Shown: positions 8,423 to 19,413, numbered from the stretch's first letter. The stretch: 64,000 nucleotides of DNA from a virus (IMGVR_UViG_3300012344_000001:32001-96000); one strand, 5' to 3'. Translations and numbers: made by a program. The notes: generated by a model from the sequence alone, not told the origin.

Positions 8423-11400
8423 TCATCTAAAGATTCGTCCGAATTTGTTCCCGACACGCACATTAGAAGAAAGGCTTCTGTTCATGCTTGAAATGGCGGA
8501 ATACATATCGTCGTCATTTAGTCCCTTCAGCAGTTCAGTGTCAAGAAGGGACGCGTAATAGTTTAAGTAAATCAGAGAAACAATTCGGTCTTTTGTCAAA
8601 CGTTTCGGTTCAACAAGTCGGAAATTACCACCGACAACATACACGGTAAGCGAAAGTGCTTCGTTGATAAGCTGCGTAGTTTGTTCAAACGGAGCAAGCA
8701 ACCAAGGCCTTCCGCCCCAATCGCCAACTTCGTCAGTGTAGAATCTGAAACCAATGTCCTTTGCGAAATCCTTTTCAACTTCGTCTGGCTGTTCAAGAAG
8801 TTTAATCATGCCGGTCTTCAATTTATCCTTAAAGATAACAGCCATCTTACTGTTTAATTCAGCGGTACCATAAATGGGATAAATGCAAGGAATCGCATTC
8901 GGATTGATGGTCTGTTGCATATACTCTTCATACTTGTGTGCGATTGTTTCATGATATGCAACCGTAATCGGCGGGTAATCAACACCACGGATGTTATCAT
9001 GAATGACGTCTGTCATGATATTGAAAATAGCATTGCCAAGATTTCGGAAGTCCATTACAAGCGTATCCGCTTCGAAATCCGTCATAATTTGACGGATACG
9101 AAGCGCCTGCGCAGGAGCGCCAACACCATTGGAGATTTCAGAATACACAATCTGCCGTTCGTATCCTTTTCCACGCTTCGGAATAAGTCTTGCAACATTG
9201 ATTGCAGTGTTATCCGAACCACGCGCAGCAGAAGAAGCCAAGTCGACACCAACCAGTCGTATTTCGCCCGGAAGCTTTGGCATACGATACTTTTGCTTTC
9301 CAGAAGCGACTTCTTCTGGGCGCTTTGGATAGAACGCTTGCTTCAATACACGCGCTTTATCAAAGTCTTCATAAGAAAAGAAGGCGTTTTCATCAATACC
9401 GTAGGGTATATTTTGATACTCGCATTGGAAGGATATTAGGTCAGAACTTTTTCGCTCCGATGCAATTTCACGCGGTGACTTGATTCCATGTTCCAAGCTT
9501 GTCAAATAGTCAAACGCCATAAACACAGTGCTGTCCTTAGACTGAATGCCAGTTTTATCACCATAAATACTAATAACAATCTGTTGAATCGTATAAGGGA
9601 ACCACCAGTTTATTTTAAGACCGGCAGAACTAATAGAAATCATTTTTGATTCTTCGGTTAAGTGACTATATTGCGGCAACCGTCGGAACGGAGCAGGTCT
9701 AACATAACGCATGGGGGAAACAACAGAATCAAGAAGGTCTTTGCGCTTCATACTGTTGCATTCTTCACGGATAATACAAGTTGCTCGATTCATATGTTAT
9801 CCTATTGGCTTTTTATCCAATAGTTCTTATAGTTGTAGTTCCTATAAGGTCGGCGTACCTTTTCACCTGAATGTCAGGGGCGGGGACTCTTGGTTGCATT
9901 ATATTCTGAATATCAGTTTCAGCAACTACGCTCTGCGTGTGAACACACTTTTAGATGCGTCCTTCCACTCGGATTAGCATTTCAGCCTTCCCGATTTCTT
10001 CCCCACTTTAGAAAAACTAAGTGTCACCACTTAGCGAGGCAATCGTTCAAGTACATTGTATTTTCCGTAAATATCAGCAAATCTGTTTCGCTTCCTATCT
10101 AAGAATATAGTAGAATCGTCGTATAGGAAGTGCATAAACATGTCTACATTCTTCATTCCACCAATCACAAGCCGAAGCGCAGCCTGTGTTCCGTTTAATC
10201 CGCAAATATATGAGCTAATACCAAATTCATATAGCTTGGTTCGCAAAGCTTCGATGAATTTTACAGAGGCGCAGCAGAAGTCGCACCGCGGGCACTTCCT
10301 TTGTTTGTTTTCACAAACACATCCGTCCCCGTCAAAAAATCCTCTAATGAAATGTCTAACCAAATCTTCACGAAGCGTTGGGAATTCTATGCACTTGCTT
10401 TTTCGTTCAATACATCCGTTTTTTATAAGGTCTTCAACCATTTTTGTGCAATATATGCGGATAAGACAGAATTTTGCAGGATTTCCACTAATAGCACAAA
10501 TAGTGTCGCCCAAAAAGACGGGAATATTGCCATCTATGCTTTTAACGAATTTGCGTAGATGGTCGCTATCTGATTGTTGTAGTTGAATACCAAGTTCACC
10601 TTGTCTTACATTCCCAGTTTCCGTTTTTTGAACACAAACCCATCCGTCGGCATACATAAATCCAAGCCAGTACGCTTTTTCTTCCGTATCTATAGTTTCA
10701 AAAAAGTCTTTATTATAATGATACTTGCTTTTCTTCAAACCAAGGCGATTAACCTTCAAGTCGATTGCCGTCTTCGTTCTTCCAAGCTTTTCACCCATTT
10801 CACGATAAGTCATCGTCTTATAATTTTCTTTAATGAAGTCTAATTCTTCATTTGTCCATTCGCCATTACGCATAACGAGTTCCTTTCATAAATGAAATTT
10901 AATTTCGTTGGCGAAGTAAATTAAATAAAATTACCTCTTGAATTGTCTGACAATGATATAACCGTAATCTTCGAACCGTTGACAAACTCAACAATTCTAT
11001 TGTTTTCGTTCATCGTTATCTTTGTAATTTCACGCTGAACGTTCGGATAATCATCGTAAAACCCTTGAATCTTACCAAGGATAACACCTGCCTGCCCCTT
11101 GGTTGACGAAACAACAACAATTTCGCTTTTAGGATAAAGTGACGCTATGCAAATAGCACCAAGACCAACAATCCACGACTTTGCCGTTGCACGAGATGCG
11201 GAAATTGTAATTTCGTCCTTCGCACCAATTTCGTACAGCATCATCTTCTGATAGTCATGAAGCGTTTTAATCTGAAAGTAGTGTTCGGCGTATAACTGAA
11301 TGTTTCGCCGATATAGCGTAGCCCAGTCTTTAATTCGCTTCAAGCGGCTTTCGCTGATTTCCGTTTTCTTGATAATACCGCGTGGTCTTTTGCGGATGTC

Positions 11401-11454
11401 CGCAGACTTTTCGTTGCTACCAAACGGATTATAGTTAGTCGTGTTTCTCGCCAT
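8423..11454 (-). CDS. terL: terminase large subunit, spliced: exon1 11454-10933, exon2 9790-8423
   Basis: Walker A-like ASRATAKS; splice junction gives SRG|NRATCIIREE (Walker B); nuclease GVDLA...DNT and KDR motifs. Confidence 0.9.
9791..10932 (-). mobile_element. group I intron in terL with homing endonuclease in loop L1
   Basis: P1 GAGGU|AAU pairs with AUUGCCUC (U.G at splice site); P10 CGAUU pairs with 3' exon AAUCG; P7-like GAGCGUA/UACGCC; terminal G at 9791. Confidence 0.9.
10031..10873 (-). CDS. LAGLIDADG homing endonuclease with N-terminal HTH
   Basis: AYWLGFMYADG and FIRGFFDGDG motifs. Confidence 0.9.
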   Translation of the reverse strand: MRNGEWTNEELDFIKENYKTMTYREMGEKLGRTKTAIDLKVNRLGLKKSKYHYNKDFFETIDTEEKAYWLGFMYADGWVCVQKTETGNVRQGELGIQLQQSDSDHLRKFVKSIDGNIPVFLGDTICAISGNPAKFCLIRIYCTKMVEDLIKNGCIERKSKCIEFPTLREDLVRHFIRGFFDGDGCVCENKQRKCPRCDFCCASVKFIEALRTKLYEFGISSYICGLNGTQAALRLVIGGMKNVDMFMHFLYDDSTIFLDRKRNRFADIYGKYNVLERLPR

Positions 11455-12556
11455 CGTCATCACCATCAACATCAAGATAGACGCCGCTGATATCTTCAGG
11501 TTTGAAGTCTTCAGCTTCCTTGTCCATCTTGTCCATTACGACGCGGAAATCACGCGACATGCCAATATAGTTACGAACAGCGCGGTCATAAGTGCGCTTA
11601 ACGTATTCGTCAATACCTTCAACGTCTTTGAACAGCTTCTTGTTTTCAAGCCATTCGGCAGGCGACATTGTTTCAACGTCCTTAAGCCAGACGCCAAACG
11701 CAGCAGTAGACTTGCTACTGGTGCTTTCCTTCAGCTTATCAGGCGTAATTGAACACTTATCCATCAGCATGGTAAGCGTTTCGTAGTCGGACTTCTTAAG
11801 CTCGCCGCCTTCTTCGCGCGTCTTACGCATCTTTAGCTGTTGAAGACAAACTTCTTTAATGAGCATATCAACACCCTTTTCGTCGGTGTCTTTTGTCTTC
11901 GCCCATTCGTTGTATTCGTTTTCAAGGAACACATAGTCATCGTCTTCAAAACCAATGCCCCACTTCTTTTCAAGCGCGGACATCTTCTTGTTGTATGCCT
12001 GTTCAATAACTTCCGTCACGGGCTTGTCGGTCGTCTTATCTTCATAGCCTTCGGGACGGTCATTCTTGTAAACATCAAACGTTAAGTCTGCTTCTTCGTT
12101 GGTGCGATAGACACCTTGCAGGATTGTAAGATACTTACCAAACAGCGAAGTCTTCGTATTGACAGCAATCTTATCAATGTCACTTTCGGTTTCTTCTTCT
12201 TCAACACCGTTGATTGCGTTTACAGTCGCTTGCATACCATTCTTTTCAAGCGCCTTCATCAGCATACTATATGCCTTACTGTCGTAGCGGTAGTTCAAGC
12301 AGCGACACACTTCATAGATTGCAATATCAATGCGACCGTGCATCTGATAGAAGTAATTAAATAGGTATGTGCAACAGTCGATACACACGCTAAGGCGTCC
12401 CGACGTGTCTAAGAAATCGTAGCTTTTGTAAAACCGCCTAATATCCTTTTCGTTCGTGCAATAACGGCACTTTGCCTTTCGGATATCGCGGTCTTTTGTT
12501 TTTGCTTCGGCGATGGTCAGCGGTGCCGACCTGTCCATAGCCTTGGTCTTTCTCAT
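11435..12556 (-). CDS. putative terminase small subunit-like protein (Zn-finger N-terminus)
   Basis: CRYC...CIDC motifs; overlaps terL start; synteny. Confidence 0.45.
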   Translation of the reverse strand: MRKTKAMDRSAPLTIAEAKTKDRDIRKAKCRYCTNEKDIRRFYKSYDFLDTSGRLSVCIDCCTYLFNYFYQMHGRIDIAIYEVCRCLNYRYDSKAYSMLMKALEKNGMQATVNAINGVEEEETESDIDKIAVNTKTSLFGKYLTILQGVYRTNEEADLTFDVYKNDRPEGYEDKTTDKPVTEVIEQAYNKKMSALEKKWGIGFEDDDYVFLENEYNEWAKTKDTDEKGVDMLIKEVCLQQLKMRKTREEGGELKKSDYETLTMLMDKCSITPDKLKESTSSKSTAAFGVWLKDVETMSPAEWLENKKLFKDVEGIDEYVKRTYDRAVRNYIGMSRDFRVVMDKMDKEAEDFKPEDISGVYLDVDGDDDGEKHD

Positions 12557-12578
12557 GCGACCACCTTCCCAAAATAGT

Positions 12579-12602
12579 AAAAGCCACCCGAAGGTGGCTT
12601 TC
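12579..12602. terminator. intrinsic terminator-like hairpin (bidirectional)
   Basis: AAAAGCCACC-CGAA-GGTGGCTTTT. Confidence 0.65.
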
Positions 12603-12610
12603 GTCTAAAA

Positions 12611-13810
12611 TTAAGTCAAATCAATAAAGTATTCAGCCGTCTTACCATGACCGGGCGTAAGTTCAATAATCATAGCACCCGGGTTAGACCCCTTACTAAG
12701 CGACATGGCAAAATCGTCAATACCAATAATAGAAGGACATCTGGAAACAAACTTCTTTACACCAACGTCTTCGCTATAGTGGTGATGAAGGTGTGCTGCA
12801 ACAACACCGTCAACGGCAACGCCATACATATTAGAAAGGTCTTTGATAGCCTTTTCCATATCCTTCATTTCGCCATGAACACCAAGGATATTATATCCAG
12901 CGATATTATCGAAGATGTTGCCGGACGGGTTTTCAATCAGTTCAAAGTTAGGATTATACTTCATGCGCGCCTTAATATAGGCAATCACAATCTTAGACAT
13001 GTTTTCGTCTTTGAACGTGCCGCGCGGCTGATTAAACATACGAAGTTCGGAATGATTGCCAGCAACCATGTGGTAACGAACATTCACAACAGACGTAAGT
13101 TCGTTAAGCCATTCACTGATGAACTCCATATACTTAACAGTGCCGTCAACAACACCATATCGAAGCTTTGTCAACTGACCAATACGAAGGACGCCATCGG
13201 TAAAGTCGCCCATCGAAAACACGTGAAGCGTTCCAATATCGTGTTCATGACAAAACTGCTTAACATAATCAAGAAGCTTTGCCATGCGTTCTGCGAAAAT
13301 TTCGGGGCTGTAGGCATTGATGATTTCGCCCATTAACCCCTTGATTTCAAATTCCGATCCAAAATGGTCGTCCCCCGCCACAAGGATATATTCCTTGTTA
13401 CCGTTTCGTCCATCATAAGCGACTTCGGGGATGGGAAGCGGCTCAAGATTTTCAATCGCGCCAAGAAGCTTTTCGACAATCAGTTCGTCACGAGCATTTT
13501 CGCGAAGCCAACTGTTGTACTCCATCTTTTCGGTCTGAAGACGAATACGTTCCTTCTTCAGTTCATTGCTTGCGACACGAATGCTTTCAAGCTGTTCCTG
13601 TCCGTCAATAAGCTTTGCGCGGTTTGCTTCAAACAGCTTCTTAAAGGAAGTGTAGTCTTTACGATACTTACTTTCGGTATATTCATAATTAAGTTCTTTG
13701 TTCAGAAGCTTTGCGACTTCATCCCAAGAACCAATCAGGTCTTTGTTCTCGCAGATTCTAAAAATGTATTCAACCTCGCCTTCAGCGGGGTTTCTATGGA
13801 AGTTAGGCAT
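12611..13810 (-). CDS. calcineurin-like metallophosphoesterase
   Basis: GDDHFG, MGDFTDG, GNH, GVHG, AHLHH motifs. Confidence 0.85.
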   Translation of the reverse strand: MPNFHRNPAEGEVEYIFRICENKDLIGSWDEVAKLLNKELNYEYTESKYRKDYTSFKKLFEANRAKLIDGQEQLESIRVASNELKKERIRLQTEKMEYNSWLRENARDELIVEKLLGAIENLEPLPIPEVAYDGRNGNKEYILVAGDDHFGSEFEIKGLMGEIINAYSPEIFAERMAKLLDYVKQFCHEHDIGTLHVFSMGDFTDGVLRIGQLTKLRYGVVDGTVKYMEFISEWLNELTSVVNVRYHMVAGNHSELRMFNQPRGTFKDENMSKIVIAYIKARMKYNPNFELIENPSGNIFDNIAGYNILGVHGEMKDMEKAIKDLSNMYGVAVDGVVAAHLHHHYSEDVGVKKFVSRCPSIIGIDDFAMSLSKGSNPGAMIIELTPGHGKTAEYFIDLT

Positions 13811-14591
13811 TTTCGTCTTCCTCCGGTTCTAAAATTTCTTCGTCAGAATCATTTGTGGTCTTGTCATGGAACCAGTTTCCATACCCAGCTTCACGCAACT
13901 TCTTCCCAAAGAAGTGACCCATAGTCGGGTATTCTTCATTCGGATAAATTCCATCTTCAACACCCTTGCGGTATTCGTTTGCAAGGGCACCCTTCTTCAT
14001 CATGAACCGACGACGTTCAAGAATATCAGGGTGAAAGTTTTCGCGGAACCACCGCACTTTCTTAAAGCGACTACCTTCTGGATAGATGATTGTATTGTCG
14101 TCACGCACAACCATACTTTTACCAAGCTGTGCCGTTTCCTTTGCGGCGGCGTTAGAAGAATTGATAAGGTCTTCCAGTGTCTTTTCGCCATTCGACATGT
14201 ACGGCGTGACAGATTCAACAAATCCTTCCGGAACAACTGTGTCCACGCCATAGTACAGCATGTGCCAAGGCTTTTCGAAGTCAATCATTGGCTTGAAATA
14301 GCCGAACTGCCAAATTTCTTCATCTTGGACATAGCGCGGAAAGTCAAGTCGCTGCCACTTGCTACGAATGTTTACGCCATTGAAGTCAACAGTCTTTCTT
14401 TGTAAAAGCTGTGCATAGATTGCAGGCCCAACTTCTTCAAGCACTTCCTTGACGTCCCACACACGAAACTTCGTCTTTCTTGCAATCATTAGCGAAAGGT
14501 CATATATGCCAACCGACTTAGCAATCGGTTCGTTAGACGACGGTTTGGGCTTTCGCAAATAACTAAAATATTCGCGCTTAGATACGCGCAT
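13803..14591 (-). CDS. protein with N-terminal HU/IHF-like DNA-binding region
   Basis: DLSLMIARKTKFRVWDVKEVLEEV...TVDFNG resembles HU helices; SPbeta-like synteny. Confidence 0.4.
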   Translation of the reverse strand: MRVSKREYFSYLRKPKPSSNEPIAKSVGIYDLSLMIARKTKFRVWDVKEVLEEVGPAIYAQLLQRKTVDFNGVNIRSKWQRLDFPRYVQDEEIWQFGYFKPMIDFEKPWHMLYYGVDTVVPEGFVESVTPYMSNGEKTLEDLINSSNAAAKETAQLGKSMVVRDDNTIIYPEGSRFKKVRWFRENFHPDILERRRFMMKKGALANEYRKGVEDGIYPNEEYPTMGHFFGKKLREAGYGNWFHDKTTNDSDEEILEPEEDENA

Positions 14592-14612
14592 TCAATCACC
14601 CACTTCTAAAAA

Positions 14613-15224
14613 TCAACCAAAGATATCGTGATACAACTTGTCGAAATCTTCGTTCCGTTCAATAACATAATCACCCGTGTTCGAAAGTTCGTATGTGATA
14701 CGAAGATGTGCGAACCTTCCGTCGGCGGTGTTCTTTGCGTAGTCCTTGTCCTTGTCGGTCTTTTCGATGAAACCGAAACTAAGCAACTCCTTCAAATGTC
14801 GCGAATACAGATGCGAACGGTCAATACCAAGCCATTCAGCAACCATCGGAAGCCGAATTCTAAAATTGCCGTCGTGGTCTGCGTGAATCTTGGCGTAGAT
14901 TAGAAGAAACAATGCAAGCCGTCTTGACCGGATGTAGTCAGCAGCATACTTGATTCGTTCAATGTCTTCGTTGTTGATTCGAACACAGAAGTTCCGCTTC
15001 ATTTTGCCGCGTTTGTCATAAGCGTTCATAATCGTCAAGTTGTAATTAGCAAACTTGTAACCAAGTTCGTTCAACCAGTTCGCAACAAAGTCTTTCGCAT
15101 AGTGCGCCGATTTGCCTTCTTCTTTAAGGTATCGGGCAATCTTGAAGATGTATTCATCAAGACAATATTTGGTAACCTTTCGCCCAGCGATGTATTCTTG
15201 AACTTCTTCAAATTCGTTAAACAA
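14613..15224 (-). CDS. hypothetical protein with possible wHTH
   Basis: 203 aa; MVAEWLGIDRSHL...LKELLSFGFI. Confidence 0.5.
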   Translation of the reverse strand: MFNEFEEVQEYIAGRKVTKYCLDEYIFKIARYLKEEGKSAHYAKDFVANWLNELGYKFANYNLTIMNAYDKRGKMKRNFCVRINNEDIERIKYAADYIRSRRLALFLLIYAKIHADHDGNFRIRLPMVAEWLGIDRSHLYSRHLKELLSFGFIEKTDKDKDYAKNTADGRFAHLRITYELSNTGDYVIERNEDFDKLYHDIFG

Positions 15225-15328
15225 TAAAAGCCGTCCTTTCAGTGGGCGAAAAATGGCACCTTTTGGTCGTCCTACTTTTGCAGTATCTATAAAGTATTAT
15301 ATTCAATTATATCTGACGGCGGTTGGCA

Positions 15329-17860
15329 TTATTCACCAACCGCTTCGCCAGTATAACTAATCATACTATACCGCTTACCAAGGTAGGCATATTCGCCAGT
15401 CGGATTTTTTACAGGCAGTGCAATTTCCACCTGTTTGATATTTTCAAGTACGCCTTCAGAAGCACACGACCAAATGAACTTCTTGCCGCGCTTCGGATAC
15501 TTTTCGTAGCACAGCTTAACAGCAATGTTCGCAAGTTCCTTTTTGTCTGGACAAAGCTTCAAGCATTCATTCCTATACTTCGAATACACGGAATCCCAGT
15601 TCACATAGTAGTTCATCGCCGATTCCTTATCCCATGCCTTCAGTTCGTCTTTGAATTCATCGTAGCGATGAAGCTTGTTTTCGAATGTGACAAGGTACTT
15701 CATTTCCTTGTTGAAGTCCTTATACACGCCTTCGATTGCTTCGAAGTGTTCAGGCGAAACTTCTACGCTGTCATCAACCATGATTGTGTAGTCAAAAGCA
15801 TCAGCGCGTTTCCACTTGATTTCACGGTCGTGGAACTTTTCAATCATGAACGCAAGCTGATTCATGTTACTACGGGCGCGGCTAAAGCGATATGTGCTTT
15901 TAGTGCGTTCCATTGATTCAAATAGCCTATTGTAGTATTCACCAACATACCGCATGAAGTATGGATACGGTTTTGAATACTTAGCAATCTCGAACGGAAT
16001 CTGCATGATATACCCAGTCTTCGCGAAGTCGATTGCGAACGAATTAACGATTGAAAGAATGTCGACGTAGGTTTCGTATCGCTTCTGTTGTGTTTCCTTC
16101 TTCGTGATTTTGTTGTGATAGCACGTTGCCGCATTTGAATCTTCGCCAATCAGCGAAACAAGTGTCCGTTCAACGAGGCTTGCAATGTTTTCGATTGTGA
16201 TATCTTCTGCAAGCGCAGTAAGCTTTTCGTCGAGATTAAGGACGATTGCACAATCCTTGTCAGCGCCTTCAAGAAATAGTGGTTCGTCCATCAGCAGAAC
16301 CAAATCTCCGTCATAGTCAGCTCCGTTCATTCGCTGTGGACTTGGGCTTTTGCCATTAAGCATACAAGTGTTCACCAAGTGACCACAATATCGTTCAAGT
16401 TCTTCTGTGTTTTTTGCCTTCAGAATAAGATGTTCGCTTTTGCAAATGTGCGGATTTCGTTCAATCGCGTGTTCGCCTTCATAGCCCCTTGCCCAAAATT
16501 CATCGGCTTCAAGCGCGCCCTTTGGATTCTTGTCTCCACCAATCCATTCAAGCATCATGATGATGTCTGGAATCAAAAACTTGTAGCAAGCGCGAAGATA
16601 AATCTTGCCACACTTCATGCTGTCAATGTACTTCTTAACTTGACGCTTCAAGAAGTCGCGGACACTTTGTTCCTTCATCATTTCAGGATTCTTCATAATG
16701 GCGCGCGCATAATTATTAAGCGGCTTAGGATTGTCATTCGCCAAACCAAGGAAGCAATACGTGTAGAACGTGTCGCCATTAACAATCTTTTCAGCCCAGT
16801 TCATCGACTTAGACGCAAGCTTTTGGAATTCTTCGAAGGGCAAATCGAGGTCTTGCAGAATCTGATAGTTGCCGCGCGTATACACCGGTTCCTGTTCTTC
16901 TGTGAAATTCCACTTTGCAACGCCCCAGCAGTGTCCATACTTCTGGAACTTGCTCCAGTAGTTGTCCCAATCTTGGTATGTGCCAGTCTGTTTGAAATAC
17001 TTGAAACCCTTGTACATACTGACCGTCAGCACAATCATTGGTTCGTCAACGGAATGCCACTTTCCCCAGACGTCTTGAATGAATTCAATGTCGTGGTCGT
17101 GATAGTATGTCGTGTAGTCAATTTCGCAGACAAGCCCCTTGATGAACGGAGCGCGTAGCATCATCGTTGTCGGACGTTCTTCCATTCCAATGCGGTCGCG
17201 AACTTCATCAACAAGCGCGGGGTGTATGAAGCCGTGTCCGTCAAAAACATTGATTGGAACGTCTTTATACCCTTCTTCAATGCCGTGTGTCTTCCAAACG
17301 CGCTTTTCGCCAGTTTCCTTGTCGGCGTATTCGCGTTCTTCTTCCACCAACCAACGAAGTTTCTGGTGCGGCACCACCGTTTCGTAGTCGGGCACGACGA
17401 TTGTTTTGGGATACCACCCGTCAAGACAATGACACGAACTAAACATAAGACCGCGATACGCGCACCACTTCGAAAGGACTGTCTTTTTCATTTCCAAGTC
17501 CATGGTGATATGCCTGTCGACTTCTTCAGCAACAGAAGCATCAATGAAACCAAGGATTGCGTTTCTTGTCATGCTGGCGCTTCGTTCGCTCATGACAAAC
17601 TTCACGCCGTTAAGCATGAAGCCGTCAATGACCATGTGTTTGATTTCTTCCTTCTTGCTTTTAGAACCGTTACAGTCGATAAACACAATATATGGCACGA
17701 AGATACCGATTCTTCCGGTAATGTTTCGCAAAAGGCGAAACATCATGTTGTCACCCTGCGAAACGGTATAGTCGGCGTTATTTATGCGCGCGTCATAACC
17801 ACTGTTGATTATTACGCTTGCGGGCAGCTTTCTGACTTTGTAGAGCTTTGGTGCGAACAA
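15329..17860 (-). CDS. YonO-like single-subunit RNA polymerase (RdRP-like double-psi barrel)
   Basis: Catalytic GADYDGD, RNP and RAPFIKG motifs, IDFAKTG. Confidence 0.9.
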   Translation of the reverse strand: MFAPKLYKVRKLPASVIINSGYDARINNADYTVSQGDNMMFRLLRNITGRIGIFVPYIVFIDCNGSKSKKEEIKHMVIDGFMLNGVKFVMSERSASMTRNAILGFIDASVAEEVDRHITMDLEMKKTVLSKWCAYRGLMFSSCHCLDGWYPKTIVVPDYETVVPHQKLRWLVEEEREYADKETGEKRVWKTHGIEEGYKDVPINVFDGHGFIHPALVDEVRDRIGMEERPTTMMLRAPFIKGLVCEIDYTTYYHDHDIEFIQDVWGKWHSVDEPMIVLTVSMYKGFKYFKQTGTYQDWDNYWSKFQKYGHCWGVAKWNFTEEQEPVYTRGNYQILQDLDLPFEEFQKLASKSMNWAEKIVNGDTFYTYCFLGLANDNPKPLNNYARAIMKNPEMMKEQSVRDFLKRQVKKYIDSMKCGKIYLRACYKFLIPDIIMMLEWIGGDKNPKGALEADEFWARGYEGEHAIERNPHICKSEHLILKAKNTEELERYCGHLVNTCMLNGKSPSPQRMNGADYDGDLVLLMDEPLFLEGADKDCAIVLNLDEKLTALAEDITIENIASLVERTLVSLIGEDSNAATCYHNKITKKETQQKRYETYVDILSIVNSFAIDFAKTGYIMQIPFEIAKYSKPYPYFMRYVGEYYNRLFESMERTKSTYRFSRARSNMNQLAFMIEKFHDREIKWKRADAFDYTIMVDDSVEVSPEHFEAIEGVYKDFNKEMKYLVTFENKLHRYDEFKDELKAWDKESAMNYYVNWDSVYSKYRNECLKLCPDKKELANIAVKLCYEKYPKRGKKFIWSCASEGVLENIKQVEIALPVKNPTGEYAYLGKRYSMISYTGEAVGE

Positions 17861-18237
17861 TCAACCACATCCTTAACGCATCTAAGAATTTCGGTAACAG
17901 CGGGCCAAACGTCTTCGCCTTCATTTTCAACAGTGAAGTCCACATGGATTGAATCATACTTCTGCGCTTCTGTCATAATTTCAGCAAAAACGGCTTTTTC
18001 ATCCATGCCAGAATCAATGCAATGTCTGAACCGCTTATACGTTCCACGCGAAACAAAAAACGAAACGAAGTCCATATCCTTGTCCGTCTGCATCTTTCGC
18101 AAGCCATACGGGCTTGAAACAAATACCTTTAGGTCGTTCGCGTCACCATCTGCCGCTTCATAGCGAAAGTAGTCCATCAGCCGCTTTGCGATGTCGTCCA
18201 CGCCACTTCCGATTTTACCAATAAGAACAATGTTCAA
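17812..18237 (-). CDS. P-loop nucleotide (guanylate) kinase-like protein, short or degenerate
   Basis: IVLIGKIGSGVD (P-loop Lys absent), SPYGLRK. Confidence 0.5.
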   Translation of the reverse strand: MNIVLIGKIGSGVDDIAKRLMDYFRYEAADGDANDLKVFVSSPYGLRKMQTDKDMDFVSFFVSRGTYKRFRHCIDSGMDEKAVFAEIMTEAQKYDSIHVDFTVENEGEDVWPAVTEILRCVKDVVDCSHQSSTKSESCPQA

Positions 18238-18804
18238 TTAACCACGACCTTCCAAATACTTCTGAATTTCACGACCGAACGCATCAGACTTGTTATAGTG
18301 ACAGGACTTGTCACATTCGGGACAGATGCCACCGCGATAAACGCATTCACGAACGCAGCAACTTGCAAGATTATGGTCAACAGCGTCAAGCGTTCTAATC
18401 ACCTGCTTCCATACTTCGCGCGTTTCGGGATGCGCCATGTTGCAAAGCCGCTTTCGACTAACGTTAATGAGCGCCTGCGCATTAAGCACAATGTCCATGT
18501 TTACAAGTGCGCCTTGCGGCAGTTCGTCACGCGGAATATCCGACTTATGCCTATCGTCGCGCTGCGTGCTGACATACGGCGTATACCCTTCGTGGTGCCG
18601 CACAAGGTGCGTAGCTACCCAAGACTTAATTCCACGGATTTCGATAAGGAACGTCTTGGCACGAATTGGGGAATGTTCCTTGAAGTAAATGTCCTTCATA
18701 AACCTTTCGGAAGGAAGCTTTTCCGCGTCGTCTTTCCACACCGTTACCCGCGCCGTATTAAGAACAGCAGAATCATCTGTCAGCGGGAAAATCTGGATTA
18801 TCAT
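18238..18804 (-). CDS. thyX: FAD-dependent thymidylate synthase
   Basis: EHSP, HLVRHH...STQR, RLC..AHPETR motifs. Confidence 0.85.
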   Translation of the reverse strand: MIIQIFPLTDDSAVLNTARVTVWKDDAEKLPSERFMKDIYFKEHSPIRAKTFLIEIRGIKSWVATHLVRHHEGYTPYVSTQRDDRHKSDIPRDELPQGALVNMDIVLNAQALINVSRKRLCNMAHPETREVWKQVIRTLDAVDHNLASCCVRECVYRGGICPECDKSCHYNKSDAFGREIQKYLEGRG

Positions 18805-19357
18805 TAAACCACCTCAACAGTTCTTCAATTTCTTGCCACGTGTCAACTACATAAATATCTGCACCAGCAGGAATCTTCTGCCATGTATGACTGTTGCCGT
18901 TCTTGAACAGAATCTTCACAGCGGCGTTCGTGTATAGAAGCGAATCAACCCTGTCGTCGATTTGGACTGCACCAGCCATATCAAATTCGCACTTATCACG
19001 ACCGCTTTTCCTTCCGCCTTGCGTGTCAATGAATGCAATTCCATAGCCAAGCGCACTTTCGGATATAAACTGCGCCTTCCTGCGAAGATTCTCAGAACAG
19101 CCGCAACTGCACACAGTCACATCGTGTCCGCGAAGAATGTCAACGGCGTCACGAAATAGAGCCACATTGTTCCAGAAGTAGTCACCTGCATAGACATCTT
19201 CTACCATCTTGGGTGTCATGTGCCGATAGACGGAGCGGTAGCACCAGTCATGGACGTCATTCACGGTCTTGCTTAACCCGTACTTTTCGTTCAAATAGTT
19301 AACTACGGTCGCGCTCGACATGGCAAGCGTGTCGTCGAAATCAACGAAAATTTTCAA
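18773..19357 (-). CDS. 5'(3')-deoxyribonucleotidase, HAD family
   Basis: FVDFDDTL and QIDD motifs. Confidence 0.8.
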   Translation of the reverse strand: MKIFVDFDDTLAMSSATVVNYLNEKYGLSKTVNDVHDWCYRSVYRHMTPKMVEDVYAGDYFWNNVALFRDAVDILRGHDVTVCSCGCSENLRRKAQFISESALGYGIAFIDTQGGRKSGRDKCEFDMAGAVQIDDRVDSLLYTNAAVKILFKNGNSHTWQKIPAGADIYVVDTWQEIEELLRWFNDNPDFPADR

Positions 19358-19384
19358 ATCATCACTTCCTTCATTGCAATCGTG

Positions 19385-19413
19385 ATTATACCACAAAATG
19401 CAGCATTTGTCAA
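19385..19413 (-). promoter_or_regulatory. sigmaA promoter
   Basis: TTGACA-17-TATAAT. Confidence 0.8.

Noticed and set aside
8423-11475. two separate terminase genes
   Set aside because: Group I intron pairings and the in-frame SRG|NRA junction show one spliced gene.
15329-17860. true RNA-dependent RNA polymerase implying an RNA replication system
   Set aside because: Context and the DxDGD motif fit the known DNA-dependent YonO-type enzyme of SPbeta-like phages.
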